From Patescibacteria group bacterium (lineage in GTDB: Bacteria; Patescibacteriota; Microgenomatia; Woykebacterales; RBG-16-39-9b): a DNA stretch of 51,482 nucleotides. Location: the NCBI GenBank assembly GCA_022574495.1, contig JACZRW010000002.1:1-51482 (forward strand), written 5' to 3'. The translations under genes and the position numbers were made by a program. A model generated the notes under the pieces. That model did not search any database. It was not told the origin of the DNA and was given only the letters and a program-made list of their open reading frames with translations. Shown piece after piece: positions 40,119 through 48,354 of the stretch; position 1 is the stretch's first letter; the number at the start of each line of letters is the position of its first letter.

Positions 40119-42074
40119 ATGAAATTTGCCCCTCGCTGGTTAATTATAGTCAACTCTGTAGTATTAATATTCCTAAGTATTACTGCACTTGGTGTCTATT
40201 TTTACCAATCATCTAAACCTTCCCCTTCAGCTGATCTTGCTGATACCAGGGAAACTGTTCCCCCACATCTTTTAGAAAAGGGTCAAGTACTGTCAACTTG
40301 CTTTGCCAAAGGAACAAAAGTTTTAATGAAGGATTTTAAAGAGAAGAATATTGAAGATGTAAAAATAGGCGATACTGTTTTAACTCGTGAAAGTGAGACT
40401 TCATCGAAGCTTGTTGAAGCAAAAGTAATAAAGGTGCTTCCCAAACACCCTTCTGGTTACTTAATAGTAAATGGAAAGTTAAGAGTTACCGAGGAGCATG
40501 TGATATTTGCTAGTGGTAAGTGGATTTATGCCAAGGATTTGCGTGTAGGTGACTGGATGCTTGACGAACAAAATAAAAAGATAAATATAAATTCAATAGA
40601 CAATAGTAAGAAGGAAGTAAATGTATACAACCTTGAAGTAGAAACATACCGCACCTTTTTCGCCGATGGCTTTTATGTTCATAATGTAAAATTAGACTCT
40701 TATCCCCAATTTGAAATAGAAAATAATAATTTTAAATCAGCAACGACTACATTATATGGATATTCTTATAAGAATGATTTTGGCATATTTTTTAATAACG
40801 AAGACTCTGTCGATCGCACCGTGATTGCTGATGACGGAAGCTGGACGGTGCTAGTGCCCGGTGTGTGGCCTCGAAGTGGGTCTCGCAAATTCAGCAGTCC
40901 GGGTACTTACTCATTTCACCTACAATCTAATCCAGCTGCAAAAGGTAAGTATATTGCTTCAATACCAGACACCAAACTCAAGGACACCCAAGCGCCTTCG
41001 ACTCCTTCAAGTTTAAAGACAACAAAAGTTGAACGAACTAGTATTTCACTTTCCTGGGCTACCTCTACTGACAATATTGGGGTCTCAGGTTATAGAATAT
41101 ACAGGAATGGGGTTTGGACATATACCACTTCCTCCACTTCGTTCACCGACAGTAGCGTAAAACCTGGAACAAAATATAAATATTACGTACAGGCTTATGA
41201 TGCTGCGAGCAACGTCTCTGGATCATCCAACACTATCTCTGTAAATACCACAGAAAAAATAAGTGATATAAAACTACCTTCTGTTTTCAGTGCAAAAGGA
41301 TCGAAAAGCACTAATTTGACAAAAATTAAAGACCCCAAGAAAGTAAAGAACTTTACGGTAGATGTAGTTGGAAAAAGCAAAATCACTTTTAATGACATCT
41401 TAAACTTATCCTCTTCTAAAGTACCAAGTCTATTTAAAAGTTTAGATAAATACATAAAAATGAACAAATTAGGTGTTGTGGAAGTAGACACCAAAACACT
41501 TACTATGCTAGCCAAGAAAAAAGCAACAGTTTCGATGTCTAATCTTCCGTTTATTGAGACCCCAGACATATTAGTTAACGGCAAGCCTGACACGGCAAGT
41601 ATTATTTCTAAGGTAAATTATGAAAAAGGAACTTTATCTTTTGATGTCACAAGCTTCTCTAAGTTTGAGGCAGTCCCTAAGCTTGAGATCACAGAACCAC
41701 AAGATGGGTTTAATGTTGAAGATCCAAACATAACCCTAAGAGGTAAAGTTTCAGATCCTGAAGCCTCTGTTTCGGCTAAATTGAATGGCCAAATGCTAGG
41801 CAATCTTAAAGTTGCTTCTGAAAGCGGCCAGTTTTCCAAACAATTAACGCTACCTGAAGGAAATAACAGTATTGTCGTGGAAGCAGTAAGTAAATTCGGA
41901 CCACTGTTGGTGGCTACAGCAAGTGGGGTGTTTACACCTAAACAAGATATCTTGAGTATAAATCAAATTATTGGTATTGGATTGGTAATAATAATCCTCC
42001 TTCTAGCTTCAGGAGGAGCATGGTGGTATTACAAGAAGAGGAAGACAAGCCCCGCTTCCTCATCTCCTCAATAA
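40119..42074 (+). CDS. surface protein: N-terminal TM, Hint (bacterial intein-like) domain, FN3 domain, C-terminal TM anchor
   Basis: The Hint module spans residues 61-189 (nt 40299-40685): Cys1 (CFAKGTKV), TxxH (VTEEH) and a terminal block VYNLEVETYRTFFADGFYVHN. The FN3-like part is SLSWATSTDNIGVSGYRIYRNG...YYVQAYDAASNVS. The C-terminus is IIGIGLVIIILLLASGGAWWYYKKRK. Confidence 0.8.
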   Translation: MKFAPRWLIIVNSVVLIFLSITALGVYFYQSSKPSPSADLADTRETVPPHLLEKGQVLSTCFAKGTKVLMKDFKEKNIEDVKIGDTVLTRESETSSKLVEAKVIKVLPKHPSGYLIVNGKLRVTEEHVIFASGKWIYAKDLRVGDWMLDEQNKKININSIDNSKKEVNVYNLEVETYRTFFADGFYVHNVKLDSYPQFEIENNNFKSATTTLYGYSYKNDFGIFFNNEDSVDRTVIADDGSWTVLVPGVWPRSGSRKFSSPGTYSFHLQSNPAAKGKYIASIPDTKLKDTQAPSTPSSLKTTKVERTSISLSWATSTDNIGVSGYRIYRNGVWTYTTSSTSFTDSSVKPGTKYKYYVQAYDAASNVSGSSNTISVNTTEKISDIKLPSVFSAKGSKSTNLTKIKDPKKVKNFTVDVVGKSKITFNDILNLSSSKVPSLFKSLDKYIKMNKLGVVEVDTKTLTMLAKKKATVSMSNLPFIETPDILVNGKPDTASIISKVNYEKGTLSFDVTSFSKFEAVPKLEITEPQDGFNVEDPNITLRGKVSDPEASVSAKLNGQMLGNLKVASESGQFSKQLTLPEGNNSIVVEAVSKFGPLLVATASGVFTPKQDILSINQIIGIGLVIIILLLASGGAWWYYKKRKTSPASSSPQ

Positions 42075-42130
42075 AAAGCACCAAGCTGTCAACTAATAAC
42101 TAAGACTCTAAAATAAAAAATCCCTGGAAT

Positions 42131-42181
42131 TTTGTTGATGAGATTTATGTGTATAAGGAAGTGGGCAAAAGCCTTGTTTGA
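42131..42181 (+). pseudogene. orphan copy of the GNAT gene 3' end (FVDEIYVYKEVGKSLV*)
   Basis: 37/45 nt identical (first 26 nt: 25/26) to 44063-44107, the last codons of the GNAT gene (FVDEIYMYKNVGEGF*). No upstream coding continuation. Confidence 0.7.
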
Positions 42182-42249
42182 CTCGGCCATCCGGTGAGTA
42201 TTATCTCTCCTTTTAAGCACAATACCGCTACCTACCCCTGCCCGTTCAT

Positions 42250-43452
42250 CTAATCGTTTGCAGAGGCTTTAAAAAAGATTCGATAAATTGCTCCACTACG
42301 TTTTCTTTCTGGATCAAGGCTGCCCAAGTCAGCGACAAACAAGGACCCATCCGGCCCGACGAGCGTCGTAATGGGGTGCTCAAAGCCGGTGGCGAAGACC
42401 TCTTCGGTACCCCGAAAACCGCCGTCGATCCGCTCCAAGACGACTCGAACTACCCGCTTACCAAGGGCTGGGTCATCGGCTGATCCCCACTGGGCGATGA
42501 AGGCGTTGCCTCGGTACTCCTCCGGGAACTGATCACCGTAATAGAAGGAAAAACCATTGGATGAGGAGTTCATCTGGAGCTCCACAACCACAGGCACCGT
42601 TCCAGGCTGATTTTGTTTGCCAGGGCGGTTGGGGTAGCCATAGTTCGCTCCTTGGATGACATGGTTCAGTTCGTCAGGGCCATCAGGGTTGTGCGGCCCG
42701 TTATCTGTGGCGAAGAGATTTCCTTCGTCATCAAAGGCGATCCCCAGCGGGTTCTTGAAACCGGTGGCATAGATATTTTCCTTTGAGCCATCAAGCCTGA
42801 ATCTGATGACAGTACCGCTTCGTTTATCGGTTACCCCAAGCTCGACCGTCTCCTCGCCAAGGCCGAGCCTCCCTTCCTCAGCTTGGTGCCCTCGGGACTC
42901 CTCTGATTTACCCTGATGAGCATCGGTCTCAATATCGATGCCGATACTGAGGTAGAGGAAATCATCGGGACCTAACACTATCCTGTTATTTTGGACGTGT
43001 TGATGAAGGTCACCACCCACCGGGAGACCAATGATGATATCTTCTTGCTTGTCACCTACTCCATCCCCATCTTCATCAGAAATTCGAGTAACTTTCCCCC
43101 GGTGGGAGACGTAAAGAGTATCTTCCACGAAAGTAATCCCCAGCGGGAGATCGAAGCCAGTGGCGTACACAATCTTGTCGCCACCCACCCCATCGCCGTC
43201 AGCATCTGAGATGGAGATAATCTCTCCGTTTTGCTGGGCCACATACAGCCTGCCGTCTGGTCCAATCGCCATACTGGTAGGACGCTCCAGACCGCTAAGG
43301 TACAGTACGGCCTCAAAACCTGGCGGAACTTGAATAGTACCACCCTCCGGGACAACCTTTTCCTTTTTACCAAAGCCTAAGGCGAGCGCAACCAGGGCAC
43401 CAATAAACAGAATACTAAGAAACAATAAGGGTACTTTTGAAGTTTTTCTCAT
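42250..43452 (-). CDS. PQQ-dependent sugar (glucose/sorbosone) dehydrogenase-like beta-propeller, secreted or anchored; GC-rich foreign gene
   Basis: Repeated DGDGVG / GPDG..LYV / ATGF.NPLGIAFD blades, GANYGYP, and an N-terminal signal/TM. I counted 36/60 G+C in 42361-42420, against 17/60 in 46441-46500. Confidence 0.75.
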   Translation of the reverse strand: MRKTSKVPLLFLSILFIGALVALALGFGKKEKVVPEGGTIQVPPGFEAVLYLSGLERPTSMAIGPDGRLYVAQQNGEIISISDADGDGVGGDKIVYATGFDLPLGITFVEDTLYVSHRGKVTRISDEDGDGVGDKQEDIIIGLPVGGDLHQHVQNNRIVLGPDDFLYLSIGIDIETDAHQGKSEESRGHQAEEGRLGLGEETVELGVTDKRSGTVIRFRLDGSKENIYATGFKNPLGIAFDDEGNLFATDNGPHNPDGPDELNHVIQGANYGYPNRPGKQNQPGTVPVVVELQMNSSSNGFSFYYGDQFPEEYRGNAFIAQWGSADDPALGKRVVRVVLERIDGGFRGTEEVFATGFEHPITTLVGPDGSLFVADLGSLDPERKRSGAIYRIFFKASAND

Positions 43453-43549
43453 TTAAGTACTAATTAGGTGCTTGAACTTAAAAATAGTATCAAAAAGCAA
43501 ACATGAAGTCAACAATTTGTGTGCAACTTGATATAATCACATCCATAAT

Positions 43550-44110
43550 ATGAGTAATATTGTTTTTGAAGGAAAAACGGAAAATGGACTCGGAATTTTG
43601 ATTCGATACCCAACCGAATCGGATCTTCAAGCGATGTTAAATTTTATTAACGAACTTTCTGCTGAAAGGACATTTGTCCGTAATCAAGGAGTGGTTTTTA
43701 CTCTAGAACAGGAAAAGAAATTTTTAGACGACCATATCAAGAAGATTAGTGATAAAAAGATCATGCAACTTTTGGCATTTAGTGACAGTAAATTGGTTGG
43801 TGTATCTGGTGTGGATATGAAAGATCGCGCCCAAAGTCATGTTGGCTATTTTGGTATCTCAGTTGAGAAAGATTTTAGAAGTAAAGGGGTTGGTTCAAAA
43901 TTAATGGAAATTATAATCAACGAAGCTGAAAAAAATCTACCTAATCTAAAAATAATTGTATTGACTGTATTTGCCAATAACCCTGTTGCAGAAGAAATGT
44001 ACAAAAAAATTGGATTTAAAGAATACGGTCGCTTACCAAAGGGAATAACCCACAGAGATAAGTTTGTTGATGAGATTTATATGTATAAAAACGTGGGTGA
44101 AGGCTTTTAG
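43550..44110 (+). CDS. GNAT-family N-acetyltransferase
   Basis: ...FRSKGVGSKLME...EEMYKKIGFKEYG... acetyl-CoA-binding pattern. TATAAT (43532-43537) lies 12 nt before the ATG. Confidence 0.8.
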   Translation: MSNIVFEGKTENGLGILIRYPTESDLQAMLNFINELSAERTFVRNQGVVFTLEQEKKFLDDHIKKISDKKIMQLLAFSDSKLVGVSGVDMKDRAQSHVGYFGISVEKDFRSKGVGSKLMEIIINEAEKNLPNLKIIVLTVFANNPVAEEMYKKIGFKEYGRLPKGITHRDKFVDEIYMYKNVGEGF

Positions 44111-44122
44111 ATAACGAAGTTG

Positions 44123-44146
44123 CTATTGAAACGCAGATTTCAATAG
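44123..44146 (+). terminator. 9-bp hairpin (CTATTGAAA-N6-TTTCAATAG) after the GNAT gene
   Basis: Perfect stem followed by TTTA. It is AT-rich, so the terminator call is moderate. Confidence 0.45.
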
Positions 44147-44245
44147 TTTACGTAGTTATCGCAAAGCATTCGTATTTCAGATTACCATTAAAAATAAACC
44201 GCTACGCGTTTTGCGATCAAGAATACTTGATCTAGAGCGAATGCC

Positions 44246-44273
44246 TTTAGCCCCGATTTAATCGGGGCGCAAA
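44246..44273 (-). repeat. copy of the 28-nt hairpin block (perfect 7-bp stem GCCCCGA/TCGGGGC) just after rpsG
   Basis: 26/28 identical to 24160-24187. It has the same core hairpin and loop as 2867-2883. It is embedded in a larger multi-stem structure at 44197-44279. Confidence 0.8.
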
Positions 44274-44284
44274 GCGGTTGTGCA

Positions 44285-44758
44285 TTACCAACGGAAATGC
44301 GCAAACGCTTTATTAGCTTCAGCCATTCTCAAAGTATCATCTCTCTTTTTGATAGCTGCCCCAGTACCAGACGCGCTATCCATTAATTCCGCCGCTAGTT
44401 TTGCACGAAAATTCTTATATTCTGAATTAGATCTATCACTTGCTGCTTTAATCATCCAACGTATAGCCAGTGCTTCTCTCCTATCTCCCTTTACCTCTAT
44501 TGGTATCTGATAGCTTGCCCCACCAACTCGGCGAGGACGCACCTCTACTCTTGGAGAGACGTTTCGCATTGCTGTTTCAAAGGTTTCAATTGGATCTTTA
44601 TCTTGTTTTTTGATATCTTCTAGTGCCCCATAAACAATTCTTTGGGCCACCGTTTTCTTTCCATCTTCCATCAAACGATTTACAAATCGAGTGACTAAAC
44701 GGCTATTATATATTGGATCGTTCTGCAATCTTCTTTTTTCTGCTCTTTTACCTCTCAT
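44285..44758 (-). CDS. rpsG: 30S ribosomal protein S7
   Basis: DPIYNSRLVTRFVNRLMEDGKK...AHFRW*. Confidence 0.97.
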   Translation of the reverse strand: MRGKRAEKRRLQNDPIYNSRLVTRFVNRLMEDGKKTVAQRIVYGALEDIKKQDKDPIETFETAMRNVSPRVEVRPRRVGGASYQIPIEVKGDRREALAIRWMIKAASDRSNSEYKNFRAKLAAELMDSASGTGAAIKKRDDTLRMAEANKAFAHFRW

Positions 44759-44760
44759 AA

Positions 44761-45174
44761 TTATTCGTTAAGTTTTTTAGTACCGTAAAGACTTCTTCCT
44801 TGTTTTCTACCTTCCACCCCACCGGTATCATAATGTCCTCGCACAATATGATATTTAACCCCTGGAAGATCCTTCACACGACCACCACGGACAAGGACTA
44901 TTGAGTGCTCTTGCAAATTGTGACCAATTCCAGGAATATACGCTGTAATTTCCTTTCTATTAGAGAGCCTTACTCTTGCTACTTTTCTAAGTGCAGAATT
45001 AGGTTTTTTTGGTGTCATTGTTTTCACCACTATACAGACACCCCTTTTTTGAGGATTGTGAGTCATGGTAGTCTTTCTAGTTAAGGTGTTAAAAGAACCA
45101 CGAATAGCGGCTGCTTTAACTTTTTTACCTGTCTTTTTTCGTCCTTTACGGACAAGTTGACTTATCGTCGGCAT
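44761..45174 (-). CDS. rpsL: 30S ribosomal protein S12
   Basis: [12 protein letters not shown]...[16 protein letters not shown]...[13 protein letters not shown]. Confidence 0.97.
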   Translation of the reverse strand: MPTISQLVRKGRKKTGKKVKAAAIRGSFNTLTRKTTMTHNPQKRGVCIVVKTMTPKKPNSALRKVARVRLSNRKEITAYIPGIGHNLQEHSIVLVRGGRVKDLPGVKYHIVRGHYDTGGVEGRKQGRSLYGTKKLNE

Positions 45175-45183
45175 AACCAGCGG

Positions 45184-45212
45184 ATTATATACTGGCAGGA
45201 CTTTAATATCAA
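45184..45212 (-). promoter_or_regulatory. rpsL promoter TTGATA-N17-TATAAT, 9 nt before the ATG
   Basis: rc(45207-45212)=TTGATA and rc(45184-45189)=TATAAT. No SD. Confidence 0.6.
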
Positions 45213-45438
45213 GTCTTAGCTATCTTAACTAACCAAAGTCCAATGGCTGAGAGCGATTTACTCCACAGGACACAATACGCAAGATACAATCTTGCGTATT
45301 ATAAAAGGGATCTAGATTTAGTGTTACCAATTAGCTTTATTTTGTTAAATTGGGCCTCTCGTAAAATCTCCCAAGCAAATAGTGAAAGCGAATCTTTCAC
45401 ATTTATCAAATGTAGTGTTAAAATAAAGTTAACTGCCC

Positions 45439-46092
45439 ATGAATTTCCTTCTATTAAAAATAAGATATGTTTTTTACTTACTGATAGGTCTCCTCACGTT
45501 TGGTGTAGTTTTTACCGGTTTAATGTTGGCATTCCCAAAAGGAAGCTTTGACATTGAAAATATCCCAGAAAGCACTCAAACGTCAACAAGTTCAGCAAGC
45601 GCTAACAACGCTACCAAAGACAAGGATTCGGCGGCTACAATACCAAAAAATTGGAAAACATATAAAAATACTAAGTATAATTTTCTAGTAAAATACCCAC
45701 CGAAATGGGTTTTAGAAAATAAAACAACCTTAAAAAGATGGGATGGGATTACAATCAAAACTAAAAAGGGTGGATCGTCACCTCATGTTCAGATCTGGCC
45801 AAATTGGCAAGAGTTTCAAGACTATACCTCATATTTTGGTTCTGAATTCAATCAATTTTATACGGATGAAATCATAAAAACCACTTTCGCGGGGCGTAAA
45901 GCCCGGGAGAAACAAGCAGGATACAACTACTGGGGAACAACATACTTTAGAGCAATTCGAATTGAGGATATAAAAGGACTAAACTGGGTAAAGTATAATT
46001 TAATAAAATATAGTGTTAGTTCAGCAGAAAAATCGGACGAATTAATAGATAATTTTGATTTAGTACTTTCTACTTTTAAATTTACTAAGTGA
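45439..46092 (+). CDS. hypothetical signal-anchored protein A (S/T-rich linker plus globular domain of about 150 aa)
   Basis: The N-terminal anchor contains YLLIGLLTFG, shared with the next gene. Confidence 0.65.
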   Translation: MNFLLLKIRYVFYLLIGLLTFGVVFTGLMLAFPKGSFDIENIPESTQTSTSSASANNATKDKDSAATIPKNWKTYKNTKYNFLVKYPPKWVLENKTTLKRWDGITIKTKKGGSSPHVQIWPNWQEFQDYTSYFGSEFNQFYTDEIIKTTFAGRKAREKQAGYNYWGTTYFRAIRIEDIKGLNWVKYNLIKYSVSSAEKSDELIDNFDLVLSTFKFTK

Positions 46093-46099
46093 TTACAAA

Positions 46100-47428
46100 A
46101 TGAAGATATTACCATCAGGTTTTTTTTCTTCAGTTAAAAAGTATCTCGTTTATTTACTCATAGGACTACTAACTTTTGGCATTACCTTCGCTGCTTTAAC
46201 ATTTCTTTTACCCGAAGGAATTTTGGATAAAATTAAAATAGGTGGCGATCTAAAATCTTGCAATCAAGAACAAAAGGCTGAAGAAAAAGCCACTACTTTC
46301 AACGGTAAAGTAGTATTAAGAGTCAGAGATAAGGAATCTCAACTTCTAGATCTTGTTAGTAACAAGAAAACGACTATTGATACCAAAGAAGATGATCCAA
46401 TTATTTACTTCTCCTCTAACGGAAAATATATAGTATATATACAGGAACTACGTCCAAAATCAGGAAAATTAATAAAAAATTTCTTTTTCTACAACACAAC
46501 CACAGGTTCTAAAAAAAAGCTTAAAACAAATTTTAAAATTAGCGGTGACAGTAATCCAACTGTCACATGGTCAAACGACAACAAGCAATTTATAATTTCA
46601 CAAGGAGGCAAGGCAAAAAAAGGATCCACTGATTTCGAATACTGGGTAGATTATTTTAACGTAAGTGACTTAGTCCCACGTAAAGCTACCGATTTAGCTA
46701 AAGTCATCAGCAAGACCAGTGTGTTTATCTCTAAATTTCCTAAGGAAAACGAGATAATAGTTTCCGAGAATAAATCAACAAATCAAAACCTTCAAGAGGG
46801 TGATGGTAAAAAGGTAAAATATGAATTTTCAAAAGTAAGTATCCCTGATGGCGATAAGAAATCATACAAAAACTTCTCCTTTAAATTGCCTCTTGGAGCC
46901 AGTGGGCACTTTTCTCCGGATTATAAATATTACTTTTTTGTGGAGAAAGAATCTTGGGATGTCCAGGATATCCCCAAATCTGATGACGAGCTTAGCAATT
47001 TAAAAAAATTGAAGGTCTATATAGGCTACGTAAATTTAGAAGCAAATTGTATGAAGAAGATTGAAATAACAGATATACCCTTTTACTTTAATTCAAGTAT
47101 AGAAATAGAACAATTTTCTGAGGACAGTAAGAAAGTCCTATTAAAAATAAATAGTATAGACTTCGCAACTAATTCAGAAATAATCCAGTGGTGGAGAATG
47201 GATATTGCCACCCTAACAAAATCTGAAAAGGGAGTTAGTACAACCATCAATGGCGATCAAATAAATTCGATTGTTAGAATGAGCTCACATCTAAACTTCG
47301 CTATTGTTACCACTCTTAAGGGTAAATACTATCTTCTTGATCTTAGAAACGGTAAGGCGACTCTAATTACTGCTGATCCCACCAAAGTCTCGCCATATAG
47401 TTTTTGGTTGAAGGAAACCACTAACTAA
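46100..47428 (+). CDS. hypothetical signal-anchored protein B, TolB/PD40-like beta-propeller repeats
   Basis: It has the same YLLIGLLTFG anchor. Repeated blade-like motifs are present (FSSNGKYIVYI, WSNDNKQFIIS, FSPDYKYYFFV, FSEDSKKVLLKI). Confidence 0.65.
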   Translation: MKILPSGFFSSVKKYLVYLLIGLLTFGITFAALTFLLPEGILDKIKIGGDLKSCNQEQKAEEKATTFNGKVVLRVRDKESQLLDLVSNKKTTIDTKEDDPIIYFSSNGKYIVYIQELRPKSGKLIKNFFFYNTTTGSKKKLKTNFKISGDSNPTVTWSNDNKQFIISQGGKAKKGSTDFEYWVDYFNVSDLVPRKATDLAKVISKTSVFISKFPKENEIIVSENKSTNQNLQEGDGKKVKYEFSKVSIPDGDKKSYKNFSFKLPLGASGHFSPDYKYYFFVEKESWDVQDIPKSDDELSNLKKLKVYIGYVNLEANCMKKIEITDIPFYFNSSIEIEQFSEDSKKVLLKINSIDFATNSEIIQWWRMDIATLTKSEKGVSTTINGDQINSIVRMSSHLNFAIVTTLKGKYYLLDLRNGKATLITADPTKVSPYSFWLKETTN

Positions 47429-47481
47429 TTTCCAACCCCACCGGAAAGCAATTTAAATACCAAACTAGTACAATATACATA

Positions 47482-48330
47482 ATGAAATGTCCTATATGTG
47501 AGACTGAAGCTATAAATAAAGATAGTCAGGCTTATTGCCCCAGTTGTAAGATTTATCTTGGAAATCTCTCTGACTCTTACAGAATTCCCGAACATGGATC
47601 TAAAATGGCTGATTTAGAAGAAAGAGGTAAAGTATTTAAAGAAAGATACAATAGAGGTTTTATTATCAAAGTATCAATTATCTTTTTTGCTGTTTTTATC
47701 GTAGTGACTGGAATAGGACTTTTTATGTTAAATTTCACCGCCTATGGCTACCGAGAGAAAGTATTTTATAGGTATGGGTTTACTAGGGAAGCTAGAAGTT
47801 ATTTGAGAAGTGGTTATTTTGAAGTAGCCAATATTTTTGAAGAAAAACCGCTTGGCCTTAGCCACAGTGGTTATTGGAAAGCCAATACAAATAGCATACG
47901 GTTAAATACTGCAAACAATGAGGTAGCTATCCACGAATTCGCCCATTCATGGTATGACAATATTACAGTTAAGAGAGGGGATTTTGAATTAATTAAATCC
48001 TTAATCTCCGATACTATAAAACTTTCACAAATGGAAGACGGGGAATACGAACAAACTATAAATAGTGCTCAATGGATAATAAATGCGTACTGTTCTTGCC
48101 CCAATATTGAAAATGTTGATTTTAAAAAAGTTGACAATCATCATTTTTATGCTCATATGGCCGAATTTACGATGGGTAAATATAAAGAAGGTCCCCATAA
48201 ACTCCCAGAATTTATGTGGAAGTATTTTGATGGCCTCTTTAGTGGAAATTTGAAGGTAACTCCTTGCTATGAAACCAAAGGCTGTTATTTTCCTTGGAAT
48301 AACGATCCAACAAAAGCCGGATCGCCATAA
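47482..48330 (+). CDS. zinc-ribbon / TM / HExxH (putative metallopeptidase-like) membrane protein
   Basis: CPIC-X12-CPSC at the N-terminus, a TM helix at residues 61-84, and HEFAH at nt 47932-47946. The domain after the TM helix contains five Cys (a CSC pair and two near the C-terminus). Confidence 0.65.
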   Translation: MKCPICETEAINKDSQAYCPSCKIYLGNLSDSYRIPEHGSKMADLEERGKVFKERYNRGFIIKVSIIFFAVFIVVTGIGLFMLNFTAYGYREKVFYRYGFTREARSYLRSGYFEVANIFEEKPLGLSHSGYWKANTNSIRLNTANNEVAIHEFAHSWYDNITVKRGDFELIKSLISDTIKLSQMEDGEYEQTINSAQWIINAYCSCPNIENVDFKKVDNHHFYAHMAEFTMGKYKEGPHKLPEFMWKYFDGLFSGNLKVTPCYETKGCYFPWNNDPTKAGSP

Positions 48331-48354
48331 AATTTCCTTTTTGAAGCAAACAAT

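Noticed and set aside
40299-40685. Canonical splicing mini-intein
   Set aside because: The residue after the terminal Asn is Val, so there is no Cys/Ser/Thr +1 nucleophile. The host is not a conserved housekeeping protein. A BIL-type cleavage module fits better.
42131-44110. DGR-style template/variable repeat pair for the two GNAT 3' copies
   Set aside because: The mismatches are not restricted to adenine positions of one copy, and there is no reverse transcriptase in the window.
45243-45551. 102-aa plus-strand ORF in the rpsL upstream region
   Set aside because: It spans the rpsL promoter region and an 11-bp inverted repeat (AATACGCAAGA/TCTTGCGTATT). It overlaps the better-supported gene starting at 45439 in another frame.
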